Shown in pieces: positions 19,608 to 30,386 of a stretch of DNA of 64,000 nucleotides. Position 1 is the first letter of the stretch; each line of letters begins with the position of its first letter. The translations under genes and the position numbers were made by a program. The notes beneath the pieces are model-generated. The model was not told the DNA's origin, searched no databases, and saw only the letters and a program-made list of their open reading frames with translations. Source of the stretch: Pseudomonadota bacterium (lineage in GTDB: Bacteria > Pseudomonadota > Gammaproteobacteria > Burkholderiales > REEB80); assembly GCA_028873515.1 (NCBI GenBank), contig JAGWIG010000011.1, positions 2,991 to 66,990 of the forward strand, in the 5' to 3' direction.

Positions 19608-21647
19608 TCAGGCCAGTAAAAAGTCAGCGGCCTGACCAAGCCACCGGTCAAGATGTCGCTGTACGGTATCACGGTTGTTTATTAATGCGATAGACAGCTT
19701 TCGGGCTTCCTCAAGTAGATCAAGGTCTTGTTCGATATCAGCAAATCTAAGCATGGGGGTTCCTGACTGGCGAGCCCCAAGAAATTCTCCTGGTCCGCGT
19801 ATTCGAAGATCTTCCCGTGCAATTTCGAATCCATTGGTATGTTCTGCAATTACACGAAGTCTTGCCCGGGCCAGTTCTGAGAGGGGGGTCTGGAAAAGCA
19901 GAACGCAAGCGCTCTGGCTTTTTCCTCTGCCGACCCTGCCCCGGAGCTGGTGTAATTGTGCGAGACCCATTCGTTCAGCATGATCAATAACCATGAGGCT
20001 TGCATTGGGCACATCTACGCCAACTTCAATGACTGTAGTCGCGACGAGCAAATGAATCTGTCCAGTTGAGAAGGCTTTCATGACTTGTGCCTTTTCTTTG
20101 GATGTTTTCCGGCTATGAACAAGCCCAATCTCAAGATGAGGAAAGCGTAATTTTAGTTCCTCGTAGGTGTCCATGGCAGTCTGGAGTTCGAGTGTTTCAG
20201 ATTCCTCGATGAGTGGACAAACCCAGTAAGCCTGCCTGCCCTGGGCACAGGCCGCTTCAATTCGCTGCATGACTTCATCACGTCGTGAATCGTTGATGAG
20301 TCTAGTAATAACTGGTGTTCGACCAGGTGGCAGTTCATTAATGGTTGAAACATCAAGGTCAGCATAATAGCTCATGGACAACGTGCGGGGAATGGGTGTC
20401 GCGCTTAGCATGAGTTGATGAGGCTGAAGGCCTTTTTGACGTAATTTTAGCCGTTGTTTTACTCCAAAACGGTGCTGTTCATCGATAATGGATAGACCGA
20501 GTTGAAAAAATTTCACTCCTTCCTGGATAAGGGCGTGGGTTCCGATGATAAGATTGGCTTCGCCGGAGGCGATTTCTGCCATGGCGGTCTGACGTTCCCG
20601 TTGGGACATGCCGGAAAATAATGCTGCAATCTTGATTCCTGCCGGGCTTAGCCATTCCTGTGCTTTAAGTGTGTGCTGTTCAGCCAGGATTTCTGTGGGG
20701 GCCATGATGGCGGCTTGAAATCCAGCCTCGATCGCATCAAGGCAGGCTATGAGGGCGACAAGGGTTTTTCCACAACCTACGTCTCCTTGTAGCAGGCGTT
20801 GCATCGGATGCCCTTTGGAAATATCAGCCCTGATTTCCTGGATGGAGCGTGCCTGGGCTTCAGTCAAGTCAAAGGGCAGTCGTGAGAGCAGTTTTTGGGC
20901 AAACTCACCTTTGGACGAGATGTTTGGGGCGGTATGGTTCTGGCGGCGTTTGTAATGCAGACGCATTGAGAGTTGCTGGGCGAGCAGCTCATCCAGCTTG
21001 AGCCTGCGCCATGCCGGATGTTGACGTGATTCAAGTAAATCTAGGGGTATATTGGGTGGGGGATGATGTAAAGTTGTGATGGATTCTGCAAAGGAAGGCA
21101 TTTCCAGGCGCTTGAGTAAATCAGTGGGAAGCGTGTCTGACAGATCTGATTCGGATAACGTGTTATCAATTAATTTGCGCAGGGTATTCTGTGATAGGCC
21201 AGCAGTTGTGGGGTAAACAGGTGTGAGAGTCTGGCGCTCAGGAGCATGATGGTTATCTAGGCGATAGCGTGGATGTACCATTTCAACACCGAAAAATCCC
21301 TGGCGTATTTCTCCAAAAACCCGCAACTGTGTACCCGGCTCCAGCTGTTTAATCTGGCTACCATAAAAGTGCAGAAACCTGAGAATGAGTTCGCCATTTT
21401 CGTCTCGTATGTGGCAAATGAGCATTCTTCTTGGTTTGGGCTGGACATAGGTTTTATGAACGACTCCCTGAATTTGAACCGGTGTATTCGCAGGAGCATC
21501 GGTGATGGACCAGATTCGTGTTTCATCTTCATAGCGAATGGGTAAATGCAGGAGTAGATCCTGATAGCGGCATATTCCGAGCCGGGTCAGTCTGGTTGTA
21601 ATCAGACCGGTTGCTGAATTGGGTTTCCTGCCGTTCGCAACTGCCAT
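19608..21647 (-). CDS. recG: ATP-dependent DNA helicase RecG
   Basis: Walker A GDVGCGKT and DEQH box (IIDEQHRFG). The N-terminus aligns from MAVANGRK... (LLLHLPIRYED wedge region). The track ORF extends to 21725. Confidence 0.95.
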   Translation of the reverse strand: MAVANGRKPNSATGLITTRLTRLGICRYQDLLLHLPIRYEDETRIWSITDAPANTPVQIQGVVHKTYVQPKPRRMLICHIRDENGELILRFLHFYGSQIKQLEPGTQLRVFGEIRQGFFGVEMVHPRYRLDNHHAPERQTLTPVYPTTAGLSQNTLRKLIDNTLSESDLSDTLPTDLLKRLEMPSFAESITTLHHPPPNIPLDLLESRQHPAWRRLKLDELLAQQLSMRLHYKRRQNHTAPNISSKGEFAQKLLSRLPFDLTEAQARSIQEIRADISKGHPMQRLLQGDVGCGKTLVALIACLDAIEAGFQAAIMAPTEILAEQHTLKAQEWLSPAGIKIAALFSGMSQRERQTAMAEIASGEANLIIGTHALIQEGVKFFQLGLSIIDEQHRFGVKQRLKLRQKGLQPHQLMLSATPIPRTLSMSYYADLDVSTINELPPGRTPVITRLINDSRRDEVMQRIEAACAQGRQAYWVCPLIEESETLELQTAMDTYEELKLRFPHLEIGLVHSRKTSKEKAQVMKAFSTGQIHLLVATTVIEVGVDVPNASLMVIDHAERMGLAQLHQLRGRVGRGKSQSACVLLFQTPLSELARARLRVIAEHTNGFEIAREDLRIRGPGEFLGARQSGTPMLRFADIEQDLDLLEEARKLSIALINNRDTVQRHLDRWLGQAADFLLA

Positions 21648-21896
21648 GAAGAAGAATTGCCCCTTATAGTTATAAAAAACATGATGGTAAAGGCGCGGAA
21701 CTGGCCTGGGTTTGTACAAAGACATGCGTGAGCCAGGGCCAGGCAGTTCACCTGAAATTTTATCCGTTCCTGCTCGCTACCGTGACTCTAGCAAACAGGT
21801 TGGGATTAGGTTAGCTTTTTTGAGCATAAATATTTTTTTGCTTGAACGGAATTCCTTTGTCGAGTCTGTTGTTTGTGGTCCTGAAACTGGTATGAG

Positions 21897-22280
21897 TCAG
21901 CTCAAATTCATGATGGCATCGACTTCAATCATTGCCCCTCTTGGAAGCGAGGATACCCCGAGCGTGGCACGAGCTGGGAAAGGCTTGGAAAAACGTTTTT
22001 CCATTACGTCGTTGACATGCAGGAAATAATCAAGGGTAGTCAAATAAATGTTTATCTTGACTATACTTGCGAGATCTCCTCCCGCAGCTTTTGCCACAGC
22101 TTCAAGATTATCAAAGACTTGTTCGAGCTGGGCATCTATGCCTTCAGAAAGTTCCTGTGTTTTTGGATCAATCCCGATTTGCCCGGACAGAAAAACGAAG
22201 TTTCCTGCGCTTATGGCCTGTGAGTATGGGCCAATCGCCTCTGGAGCCCGATTGGTATCAATAGCCTGGTTTGTGGACAT
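21897..22280 (-). CDS. ridA: RidA family reactive-intermediate deaminase
   Basis: 127 aa YjgF/RidA family (APEAIGPYSQA..., ...PARATLGVSSLPRGAMIEVDAI). Confidence 0.92.
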   Translation of the reverse strand: MSTNQAIDTNRAPEAIGPYSQAISAGNFVFLSGQIGIDPKTQELSEGIDAQLEQVFDNLEAVAKAAGGDLASIVKINIYLTTLDYFLHVNDVMEKRFSKPFPARATLGVSSLPRGAMIEVDAIMNLS

Positions 22281-22297
22281 GTTCTTCTCCTTGTTTA

Positions 22298-24427
22298 TCA
22301 GTTGCGTGGTGTTGGAGCTCGGTCACGAGAAATTTTTACGACTTCGGGGATGGTGCGCAGGGCTCGTATAATTCTGGCAAGATGGATCCGGTTTTCCACC
22401 TGGATTGTAAAATAAAGACTGGTGTAGGCACTTCCATCATCTTCACTCATGCTGACATTGTTGATATTTGAACCTGCTTCAGCAATCCGTGCAGCGGCCT
22501 GTGCCAACACACCACGCTGGTTGGCGACCATGACACGCAAGGTAACAGGGTAATACTGTTTCGGTGCCATGCTATCCCATTCAATATCTACCCATCTTTC
22601 CGGTTGGCTCCGTCCGCGGGCTATAGCGGAACAGTCAGTGGTGTGGACAATGAGTCCCTTACCTTTATGGAGGTAACCTATTATCGGATCTCCGGGGATG
22701 GGCTGGCAACATTTACCAAATTGTATGGCGTATCCTTCATTACCGCTTATCTTTATCTGTCCGAGTGGTTTCTGTTCAGCCATGGGTTCATTCATGGAAA
22801 GCAATTCACGAATAATTGCCGTATTGACCCGTTTACCTAAACCAATATCAGCCAGGACATCCTGTTTGCTTTTCATTCCTGTTCGCTTGAGATATTCATC
22901 CCACATGGATTGGGTTATTGCTTCAGGATCAATCTGCATGCTTTTTAGTGCCTGCTCCAGTAATCGTTCTCCAAGTTCGGAGGATTCCTGGTATTGCATG
23001 CTTTTCAGATAATGGCGGATGTGAGAACGTGCTTTTCCGGTTACTACATAGTTGAGCCATGCAGGGTTGGGCTGCGCGTTTGGGGTGGTAAGGATTTCTA
23101 CGTGATCCCCGTTATTGAGTGGGGTTCGCAGCAGGGCAAGCTCGTGATTGATTTTTGCGGCTACGCAGTGATTGCCTACATCAGTATGGACAGAATAGGC
23201 GAAATCTACAGCAGTCGCTCCTCGAGGCAATGACATGATCTCGCCCCGAGGGGTAAAGACGTAAACCTCATCAGGAAACAGATCGACCTTGACATGCTCC
23301 AGGAACTCAATGGAATCACCTGATTCTGATTGGATCTCCAGAAGATTCTGTAGCCATTGATGCGTTTTTTGCTGCATTTCGGTCATGGCAGCATCAGGGC
23401 TTTTGTAGAGCCAGTGCGAGGCGACTCCAGCTTCAGCTATGCGATGCATCTCAGCTGAACGGATCTGGATTTCAATTGGAGTCCCAAAAGGTCCGAACAG
23501 GGTTGTGTGCAGGGATTGATAGCCATTGGTTTTGGGGATGGCAATATAATCTTTGAATTTCCCCGGGATGGGTTTATAGAGGTTATGAAGACAGCCCAGG
23601 GTTAAATAGCATGCTGAAACATCCCGGACAATGACCCTGAAGCCATAAATGTCATAAACTTCAGAGAATGTAAGAGATTTTCCGAGCATCTTCTTGTAAA
23701 TGCTGTAAAGATGTTTTTCTCTTCCAGTTACGGTAGCTTCGATTCCTGACTCACGAAGTCTGTCACTGATTGCATCCTCGATTTTTCTTACTATTTCTCG
23801 ACGGTTGCCTCTGGCTGCCTTGATTGCTTTTGCCAGAACCTGGTAACGATGGGGATGAAGGTACCTGAAGCTTAGCTCTTCCAGTTCTTGATAGATACTG
23901 TTGAGGCCAAGACGATTCGCAATGGGGGCATATATTTCAATGGTTTCACGGGCAATACGCGTGCGTTTTTCAGCTTGCATGACATCAAGGGTACGCATGT
24001 TGTGTAATCGATCGGCAAGCTTGATAAGAATGACGCGAACATCGCGGGCCATGGCCAGAAGCATTTTCCGGAAATTCTCTGCCTGGGCCTCTATTTTGCT
24101 CTGAAACTCGATACGCTCCATCTTGCTGACACCATCTACGAGATCTGCGACAGGTTTGCCAAACCGGTGGTTGATTTCCTGTTTGGTTGTCTTGGTGTCT
24201 TCAACTACGTCATGAAGCAAGGCGGCAGAAAGGGCCTGAGCATCAAGATGCCATTGGGCAAGGATGGTAGCTACGGCTACGGGATGAGAAAAATAAGGCA
24301 GTCCGCTTCTACGGTACTGCCCTTCATGTGCTGATTTGCTAAAGATATAGGCTGCTTCGACCTGTAAGATATCTTCAGGCTTCAGGTAGCTATTAAGGGT
24401 CTGAATGAGTTCCGGTGCTTCAATCAT
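22298..24427 (-). CDS. spoT: bifunctional (p)ppGpp synthetase/guanosine-3',5'-bis(diphosphate) 3'-pyrophosphohydrolase
   Basis: 709 aa with HD hydrolase motif HDVVEDT, a RelA/SpoT synthetase domain, and TGS and ACT regions. It sits in the conserved gmk-rpoZ-spoT context. Confidence 0.95.
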   Translation of the reverse strand: MIEAPELIQTLNSYLKPEDILQVEAAYIFSKSAHEGQYRRSGLPYFSHPVAVATILAQWHLDAQALSAALLHDVVEDTKTTKQEINHRFGKPVADLVDGVSKMERIEFQSKIEAQAENFRKMLLAMARDVRVILIKLADRLHNMRTLDVMQAEKRTRIARETIEIYAPIANRLGLNSIYQELEELSFRYLHPHRYQVLAKAIKAARGNRREIVRKIEDAISDRLRESGIEATVTGREKHLYSIYKKMLGKSLTFSEVYDIYGFRVIVRDVSACYLTLGCLHNLYKPIPGKFKDYIAIPKTNGYQSLHTTLFGPFGTPIEIQIRSAEMHRIAEAGVASHWLYKSPDAAMTEMQQKTHQWLQNLLEIQSESGDSIEFLEHVKVDLFPDEVYVFTPRGEIMSLPRGATAVDFAYSVHTDVGNHCVAAKINHELALLRTPLNNGDHVEILTTPNAQPNPAWLNYVVTGKARSHIRHYLKSMQYQESSELGERLLEQALKSMQIDPEAITQSMWDEYLKRTGMKSKQDVLADIGLGKRVNTAIIRELLSMNEPMAEQKPLGQIKISGNEGYAIQFGKCCQPIPGDPIIGYLHKGKGLIVHTTDCSAIARGRSQPERWVDIEWDSMAPKQYYPVTLRVMVANQRGVLAQAAARIAEAGSNINNVSMSEDDGSAYTSLYFTIQVENRIHLARIIRALRTIPEVVKISRDRAPTPRN

Positions 24428-24461
24428 GATGTAGGCCTAGCAAGGCAAGGGCCAGGCGAAA

Positions 24462-24668
24462 TCAGCCTTCGTTCTTGTAAAGTGCTTCGACACCTATTTT
24501 GCCAGCAGCAATTTCCCGCAGTGCAATGACGGTTGATTTGTCGCGATCGGGATCCAGCAGGGGATGAGCCCCATGGGCGAGCTGACGTGCACGATAAGTT
24601 GCAGCAAGGGTCATGTCGAAGCGGTTTGGAATATTTTCCAGGCAGTCATCTATGGTAATACGTGCCAT
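24462..24668 (-). CDS. rpoZ: DNA-directed RNA polymerase subunit omega
   Basis: 68 aa, [30 protein letters not shown]. Confidence 0.96.
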   Translation of the reverse strand: MARITIDDCLENIPNRFDMTLAATYRARQLAHGAHPLLDPDRDKSTVIALREIAAGKIGVEALYKNEG

Positions 24669-24681
24669 TTTTCCTCCAGGG

Positions 24682-25296
24682 TTACTTTATCAGTTTCAAG
24701 AAAAGGTCTGCGTGTGTTTCAAGTTGGCGGGACCGCCGAAGGCGGTTCACCAGGACTATGCTCCGCAATTCATGCAAGGCTGTCTCAAAGCTAGCATTAA
24801 TAATAACATAATCGAAATCGGCAACGTGCATCATGTCGGCCCTGGCCTCAACAAGTCTTGCACGAATTACATCATCGCTGTCCTGCGCGCGGGCACGCAG
24901 CCGCTTCTCCAGCTCTGCGAGCGAAGGTGGGAGAATGAATATGCCGGTGGTTTCCTGAAAGAGATGTCGGATCTGGTTTGCGCCCTGCCAGTCGATTTCA
25001 AGCACCATGTCGTGACCTTTAAGCATCCCTGCCTCGATGAAGGCTCGGGAAGTGCCATAGTGGTGACCGTAGACTTTAGCCGATTCAAGAAAATCTCCTC
25101 GTGCCTGCATATCAAAAAATTCTTCCTCGGTGATGAAATGATAGTCTTTCCCATTTATTTCACCTGGCCTGGGATTACGTGTCGTATGAGAGATGGACAG
25201 TCTTACATTTGAGTCAGTTTCAAGCAGGCGCCGAACCAGGCTTGTCTTGCCTGCACCAGAAGGTGCGGTAATGATGAACAGGGTGCCGTTTGACAA
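24682..25296 (-). CDS. gmk: guanylate kinase
   Basis: P-loop [10 protein letters not shown] and full-length guanylate kinase similarity; 204 aa. Confidence 0.96.
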   Translation of the reverse strand: MSNGTLFIITAPSGAGKTSLVRRLLETDSNVRLSISHTTRNPRPGEINGKDYHFITEEEFFDMQARGDFLESAKVYGHHYGTSRAFIEAGMLKGHDMVLEIDWQGANQIRHLFQETTGIFILPPSLAELEKRLRARAQDSDDVIRARLVEARADMMHVADFDYVIINASFETALHELRSIVLVNRLRRSRQLETHADLFLKLIK

Positions 25297-25304
25297 GATT
25301 CCTC

Positions 25305-26171
25305 CTATTCGATGTTCTGGATCTGCTCGCGCATCTGCTCTATGCGTACTTTAAGATCCATGGCAATACCCGTTAACTGTGTGCTAACGGACTTAGAACC
25401 CACGGTATTGGCTTCCCTGTTGAGCTCCTGCATCAGAAAGTCAAGGCGCTTGCCTTGCGTTCCCCCGGTCTCCAGGAGGCGGCGTGCTTCAAAGATATGG
25501 GTGTTAAGGCGTGAAATTTCTTCCTCGATATCTATACGCTGGATAAAGACTGCCATCTCCTGGCGTATCCTTTCCTCTTCGCCTTTACCCAGTACCTCTA
25601 GTAGCCGTGCTTTCAATTTTTCCTGCCATGCGGAAATAATTTGAGGGAGCAGTGGGCGTGCCCCATTGATTATTTCCTGTATGCCATCAAGGTGCTCAAG
25701 AAGAATCTTTTTAAGTTTTTCTCCCTCGCGATAGCGGCTTTCCTGTAATTGGATCAAAGCTCCGGATAGCGCTTCCAGGGCCGCGGTCTGGATTTGCTGT
25801 GCATTAATCTGCTGCTCTGCAAGAACCTGTGGCCAGCGCAGGATATCCGCTATGCCAAGTGGTTTTAACTCCCCGTCAAGATCAAGTAGATGGCGGTTAA
25901 GATCGAGCAGGGAATAAACGATTCCCATGTCTGGCTCAATCTTGTGGGTTTGGTCAGGTGAAGGACGGAAACTGAGTCGACAGTCGATTTTTCCCCTATG
26001 CAGGACCGAACAGATTTTTTCGCGTGCTGAAGGTTCGATCATTCGCAGAATATCATCAATACGAAAGTTGATTTCGAGATACCTGTGGTTTACGGAACGT
26101 AATTCGACGCTGAACGAGCCTGCGGATGTTTCCCGGCTTGTAGCGGCGAAGCCGGTCATGCTGCATATCAT
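25305..26171 (-). CDS. yicC: YicC family stress-induced protein
   Basis: Aligns from MICSMTGFA... (RSVNHRYLE motif) and is divergent from rph, as in many proteobacteria. The track ORF extends to 26216. Confidence 0.88.
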   Translation of the reverse strand: MICSMTGFAATSRETSAGSFSVELRSVNHRYLEINFRIDDILRMIEPSAREKICSVLHRGKIDCRLSFRPSPDQTHKIEPDMGIVYSLLDLNRHLLDLDGELKPLGIADILRWPQVLAEQQINAQQIQTAALEALSGALIQLQESRYREGEKLKKILLEHLDGIQEIINGARPLLPQIISAWQEKLKARLLEVLGKGEEERIRQEMAVFIQRIDIEEEISRLNTHIFEARRLLETGGTQGKRLDFLMQELNREANTVGSKSVSTQLTGIAMDLKVRIEQMREQIQNIE

Positions 26172-26280
26172 GGTGATCTGCTCCCGGTCGCGAAAGCCGC
26201 AGTATAGCATTGGCATGCGCCACGCGCGACGCGTAAATAAGGGTATAATGCCAGAATTAATGCTAGCGAGGCTTTTAAAG

Positions 26281-27003
26281 ATGCGTGGAAATCAACGTGC
26301 GTTCTCACAAATGCGCCAGGTCTGTTTTACCCGGCAATATACCCGTCATGCAGAAGGTTCGGTGCTTGCTTCATTTGGAGAAACATGGGTATTGTGTACG
26401 GCAAGCGTTGAAGAAAAGGTCCCTCCCTTCCTGCGTGGAAGGGGGCAGGGGTGGGTGACAGCTGAATATGGCATGCTGCCCCGCTCGACGAATATCCGTA
26501 TGGCCCGTGAGGCGGTGCGTGGAAAACAGTCGGGTAGAACCCAGGAAATTCAGCGTCTCATTGGACGTTCATTAAGGGCCTGTGTTGATCTTGGCAAACT
26601 GGGTGAACGTACCATTCATCTTGACTGTGATGTGATTCAGGCTGACGGGGGGACGCGAACAGCGGCCATTAGTGGCGCATGCGTTGCCCTTTTCGATGCG
26701 CTGACCGGGTTGCAGGAGCGTAAACTGGTGGATGAATCGCCATGGAAACAGTTTGTGGCCGCGATCTCGGTAGGGGTGGTGAACGGAGAGCCTGTGCTGG
26801 ATCTGGACTATCTTGAGGATTCATCCTGTAGCACTGATATGAATGTCGTGATGACTGATAGTGGTGATCTTATTGAAGTGCAGGGTACTGCGGAAGGTGA
26901 AGCGTTTTCACGTTCGACTCTTGATAGGTTGCTTGAACTGGCAGGGTTGGGAATTAATGAGATTGTTTTTTTACAAAAAACTGTACTTGGATTGAAAGAT
27001 TGA
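26281..27003 (+). CDS. rph: ribonuclease PH
   Basis: 240 aa from [14 protein letters not shown]. It is near-colinear with E. coli RNase PH (TRHAEGSVL...[14 protein letters not shown]...[14 protein letters not shown]). The 25927 track start is an artefactual extension over yicC. Confidence 0.96.
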   Translation: MRGNQRAFSQMRQVCFTRQYTRHAEGSVLASFGETWVLCTASVEEKVPPFLRGRGQGWVTAEYGMLPRSTNIRMAREAVRGKQSGRTQEIQRLIGRSLRACVDLGKLGERTIHLDCDVIQADGGTRTAAISGACVALFDALTGLQERKLVDESPWKQFVAAISVGVVNGEPVLDLDYLEDSSCSTDMNVVMTDSGDLIEVQGTAEGEAFSRSTLDRLLELAGLGINEIVFLQKTVLGLKD

Positions 27004-27602
27004 TGCATAAAATTGTTCTTGCCTCAAATAATCCAGGGAAAATTCATGAAATTTCCCATTATCTCTTTCCTTTCGGGGTTGAATTAATCAACCAAGCAGT
27101 TTTGGGTATACCAGAAACTGGTGAGCCAGCCAGGACTTTTGTCGAGAATGCGTTGATCAAGGCCCGGAATGCGGCTTTGCATTCAGGTAAACCTGCACTT
27201 GCAGATGATTCAGGATTATGTGTCGATGTGCTTGGCGGGGCTCCCGGTGTTTTTTCAGCGCGTTTTGCAGGTGAACCTAAATCTGATAGTGCGAATAACC
27301 TGAAACTTCTTTCCCTTCTTTCTGGGCGGTCTGATCGACAGGCACATTATTACTGTGTCATGGTTTATGTAAGACATGCGGATGATCCTGCTCCAGTTGT
27401 TGTCGAAGGGAGCTGGCATGGTGAGATTGCCCCTGAACCCCGGGGCGAAAGAGGTTTTGGTTATGACCCGGTTTTTTATCTGCCGGATTATGATCAAACA
27501 GCAGGTCAACTTGATCTGGGAGAAAAAAACCGGGTCAGTCATCGTGCAAAAGCTTTGGAGGCATTGATTTCGCGCCTTCATGACGAATGGAATGATCATT
27601 GA
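27000..27602 (+). CDS. rdgB: RdgB/HAM1 family non-canonical purine NTP pyrophosphatase
   Basis: 200 aa ([11 protein letters not shown]..., FGYDPVF) in the conserved rph-rdgB-hemW order. Confidence 0.94.
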   Translation: MMHKIVLASNNPGKIHEISHYLFPFGVELINQAVLGIPETGEPARTFVENALIKARNAALHSGKPALADDSGLCVDVLGGAPGVFSARFAGEPKSDSANNLKLLSLLSGRSDRQAHYYCVMVYVRHADDPAPVVVEGSWHGEIAPEPRGERGFGYDPVFYLPDYDQTAGQLDLGEKNRVSHRAKALEALISRLHDEWNDH

Positions 27603-28786
27603 AGTTTCCTGTGGACTTCCGGTCTTTCCAGCAACCTGTTTTTAAGGTCCTGCCCCCCTTAAGCCTGTATGTTCACCTGCCCTGGTGCACAAAAAAATGT
27701 CCTTATTGCGATTTTAATTCCCACACCTTTCTTTCAACGTTTCCGGAAGATCAATATGTGCAGGCCCTGCTTGCCGATCTGGAACAGGCTTTGCCCCAGA
27801 TATGGGGGAGACGTGTCCAGTCAATTTTTATCGGGGGAGGGACGCCTAGCCTTTTCAGTGCAGAAGCCCTTGATCAGTTGTTATCGGGAATCCGTGCCAG
27901 GACTCGTTTAAACGAATTTGCGGAAATTACCCTGGAGGCCAATCCTGGAAGTGCAGAAACAGACAAGTTCCGGAATTTCAGGGAACTGGGTATTAACCGG
28001 CTGTCCATTGGTATCCAGAGTTTTAATGGTACCCATCTTGCATCCCTGGGGCGGATTCATGATGCGGCACAGGCGCGTGAAGCTGTTCTCTCTGCATCTG
28101 AAATTTTTGATAATCTTAATCTGGATCTCATGTTTGCTTTACCTAAACAGACTCTGGATGAAGCAGTTTCTGATGTCTCTTTGGCAGTTGAATACAAACC
28201 CCGGCACTTGTCTTTTTATCAGTTGACGCTTGAACCTAATACCCTTTTTTTTCGTCACCCTCCTCCCTTGCCGGATGATGAGTCATCATTTGATATTGAA
28301 GAGATGATCTGGAGCAAAACGGGTACTGCAGGGTTTGTCCATTATGAAACGAGTGCTTATGCACAATCAGGATTTGAATGTCAGCATAATCTTAATTACT
28401 GGAATTATGGAGACTATCTGGGTATTGGCGCCGGCGCACATTCCAAGCTGAGCTTTAAGAATTCAGTGGTAAGGGAAATACGTGTGAAACATCCCCAGAG
28501 TTACATGCAGCAAGCAACTATTCAAAGCCCTATCCAATCTCGTCAAGAATTGGCATCTGAGGATATTGCATTTGAATTTATGATGAATGCACTTCGTTTG
28601 ACAGGAGGTTTTAAAACGGCCTGCTTTAGTGAACGTACCGGATTGCCGTTTAATTTTGTGGCCCATAACCTTGATATGGCTGAAGAGAAAGGCTGGTTGA
28701 TACGGGATCTTACCCATGTACGTCCGACACGGCTGGGGCAATTGTTCCTGAATGATCTTTTGCAGCTATTTCTACCTGTCTCATAA
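27599..28786 (+). CDS. hemW: radical SAM family heme chaperone HemW (HemN-like)
   Basis: Radical-SAM cluster motif CTKKCPYCDF; 395 aa. TTG start overlapping the rdgB stop. Confidence 0.9.
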   Translation: MKFPVDFRSFQQPVFKVLPPLSLYVHLPWCTKKCPYCDFNSHTFLSTFPEDQYVQALLADLEQALPQIWGRRVQSIFIGGGTPSLFSAEALDQLLSGIRARTRLNEFAEITLEANPGSAETDKFRNFRELGINRLSIGIQSFNGTHLASLGRIHDAAQAREAVLSASEIFDNLNLDLMFALPKQTLDEAVSDVSLAVEYKPRHLSFYQLTLEPNTLFFRHPPPLPDDESSFDIEEMIWSKTGTAGFVHYETSAYAQSGFECQHNLNYWNYGDYLGIGAGAHSKLSFKNSVVREIRVKHPQSYMQQATIQSPIQSRQELASEDIAFEFMMNALRLTGGFKTACFSERTGLPFNFVAHNLDMAEEKGWLIRDLTHVRPTRLGQLFLNDLLQLFLPVS

Positions 28787-28886
28787 CTTAAAGAGATTAA
28801 TGTTCCGAGGCACACGTGTCATATTCTTATGCTCTTGTAGCAGGTATAATTTTTTCTTCCAGATTTGATCTGTCTCTGGCTGTTTT

Positions 28887-30380
28887 ATGGTTTTCCCTGT
28901 TTTATTTCATGAATTTTCATATATGCCTAACTTGAAGCAGGAACTTATTCATCAACTTGGACAGGTGCTTGAAACGGGATCAATCCTGAGTCAGGCCGAA
29001 GCCATGAGCCCCTTTGAAAGCGATGGGCTGACAGCCATGAAGCAGCTGCCTTTGGTGGTGGTATTACCTTCAAATGAAAAAGAAGTCTGTGCCGTACTGC
29101 GTATCTGTCATGAACTATCGATTCCTGTTGTGGTGCGAGGGGCGGGAACCGGATTGTCCGGAGGGGCTCTTCCTGTCGGGGAAGGAGTTCTGCTTTCTAT
29201 GGCAAGGTTTATGCGTATACTGGACATAGATCCACTAGCACGGGTGGCAAGGGTGGAGCCTGGAGTTCGAAATCTCTCCATTTCCCAGGCAGCGGCAAGC
29301 CATAACCTTTTTTATGCACCGGATCCTTCAAGCCAGATAGCCTGTACAATCGGGGGGAATATTGCTGAAAACTCAGGAGGCGTACATTGCCTGAAATACG
29401 GGTTGACCGTGCATAATCTTTTACGCCTGAGAATAGCAACCATGACAGGAGAAATGATTGAAATCGGTTCTGAAGCGCTGGACTCTCCGGGGTATGATCT
29501 GCTGGCACTGATGACTGGATCTGAAGGTATGCTGGGTGTTGTGACTGAAGCCACTGTCCGCCTTTTGCCCAAACCAGAATCAGTTTGTGTGGTTCTGGCT
29601 GCTTTCGATGACATTTCCTGTGCTGCGCAGGCGGTTGGAAGCATTATTGCCAGCGGAATATTGCCTGCTGGGCTGGAAATGATGGATCATCTGTCCATCA
29701 AAGCAGTAGAGGCCTTTGTGCACGCAGGCTATCCTACGGTGGCAGCAATTTTGCTGTGTGAGCTGGACGGGACAAAAGAGGCGGTTGAAGAGCAGGTCCT
29801 GGCAGTAAATGCTGTTTTTAAACGTCATCAGGTGAAGGAAGTTCGTGAAGCCTGGGATGAATTGAGCCGCCATCTTTTTTGGGCAGGTCGAAAGGCAGCT
29901 TTCCCGGCAGTGGGCCGTCTCTCGCCAGACTATTACTGTATGGATGGCACTATTCCCCGTAGAAAACTGGCTTTTATTCTTGAAAGCCTGCAGGAATTAT
30001 CCCGGACTTCAGGTTTGCAGATTGCCAATGTTTTTCATGCAGGGGACGGAAACCTTCACCCACTGATTATGTACGATGCCAACTGCGAAGGTGAACAGAA
30101 GCTTGCAGAAAGTGTGGGGGCACAGATTCTGGAGCTTTGTCTTGAAGCTGGAGGGTCAATTACAGGTGAGCATGGTGTAGGGATGGAAAAAATAAACCAG
30201 ATGTGTTCCCAATTCGGGCGGGCTGAACTTGATTTGTTTTTAGGGGTGAAGCTTTCTTTTGATCCTTCAGGCCTGCTCAACCCAGGTAAAGTAATTCCAA
30301 CACTTCATCGCTGTGCCGAATATGGGGCCATGCATGTGCATTCAGGCCAGCTTTTGCATGGTGAGATGGAGAGGTTTTAG
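28887..30380 (+). CDS. glcD: glycolate oxidase subunit GlcD (FAD-linked oxidase)
   Basis: FAD-binding PCMH domain (VVVRGAGTGLSGGALP), followed by glcE and glcF. An alternative start is the ATG at 28923. Confidence 0.9.
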   Translation: MVFPVLFHEFSYMPNLKQELIHQLGQVLETGSILSQAEAMSPFESDGLTAMKQLPLVVVLPSNEKEVCAVLRICHELSIPVVVRGAGTGLSGGALPVGEGVLLSMARFMRILDIDPLARVARVEPGVRNLSISQAAASHNLFYAPDPSSQIACTIGGNIAENSGGVHCLKYGLTVHNLLRLRIATMTGEMIEIGSEALDSPGYDLLALMTGSEGMLGVVTEATVRLLPKPESVCVVLAAFDDISCAAQAVGSIIASGILPAGLEMMDHLSIKAVEAFVHAGYPTVAAILLCELDGTKEAVEEQVLAVNAVFKRHQVKEVREAWDELSRHLFWAGRKAAFPAVGRLSPDYYCMDGTIPRRKLAFILESLQELSRTSGLQIANVFHAGDGNLHPLIMYDANCEGEQKLAESVGAQILELCLEAGGSITGEHGVGMEKINQMCSQFGRAELDLFLGVKLSFDPSGLLNPGKVIPTLHRCAEYGAMHVHSGQLLHGEMERF

Positions 30381-30386
30381 CCTGTC

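Noticed and set aside
25927-26280. Upstream extension of the rph ORF (358-aa track ORF)
   Set aside because: The first ~118 codons are antisense to yicC and have no RNase PH similarity. Homology to RNase PH begins exactly at the ATG at 26281.
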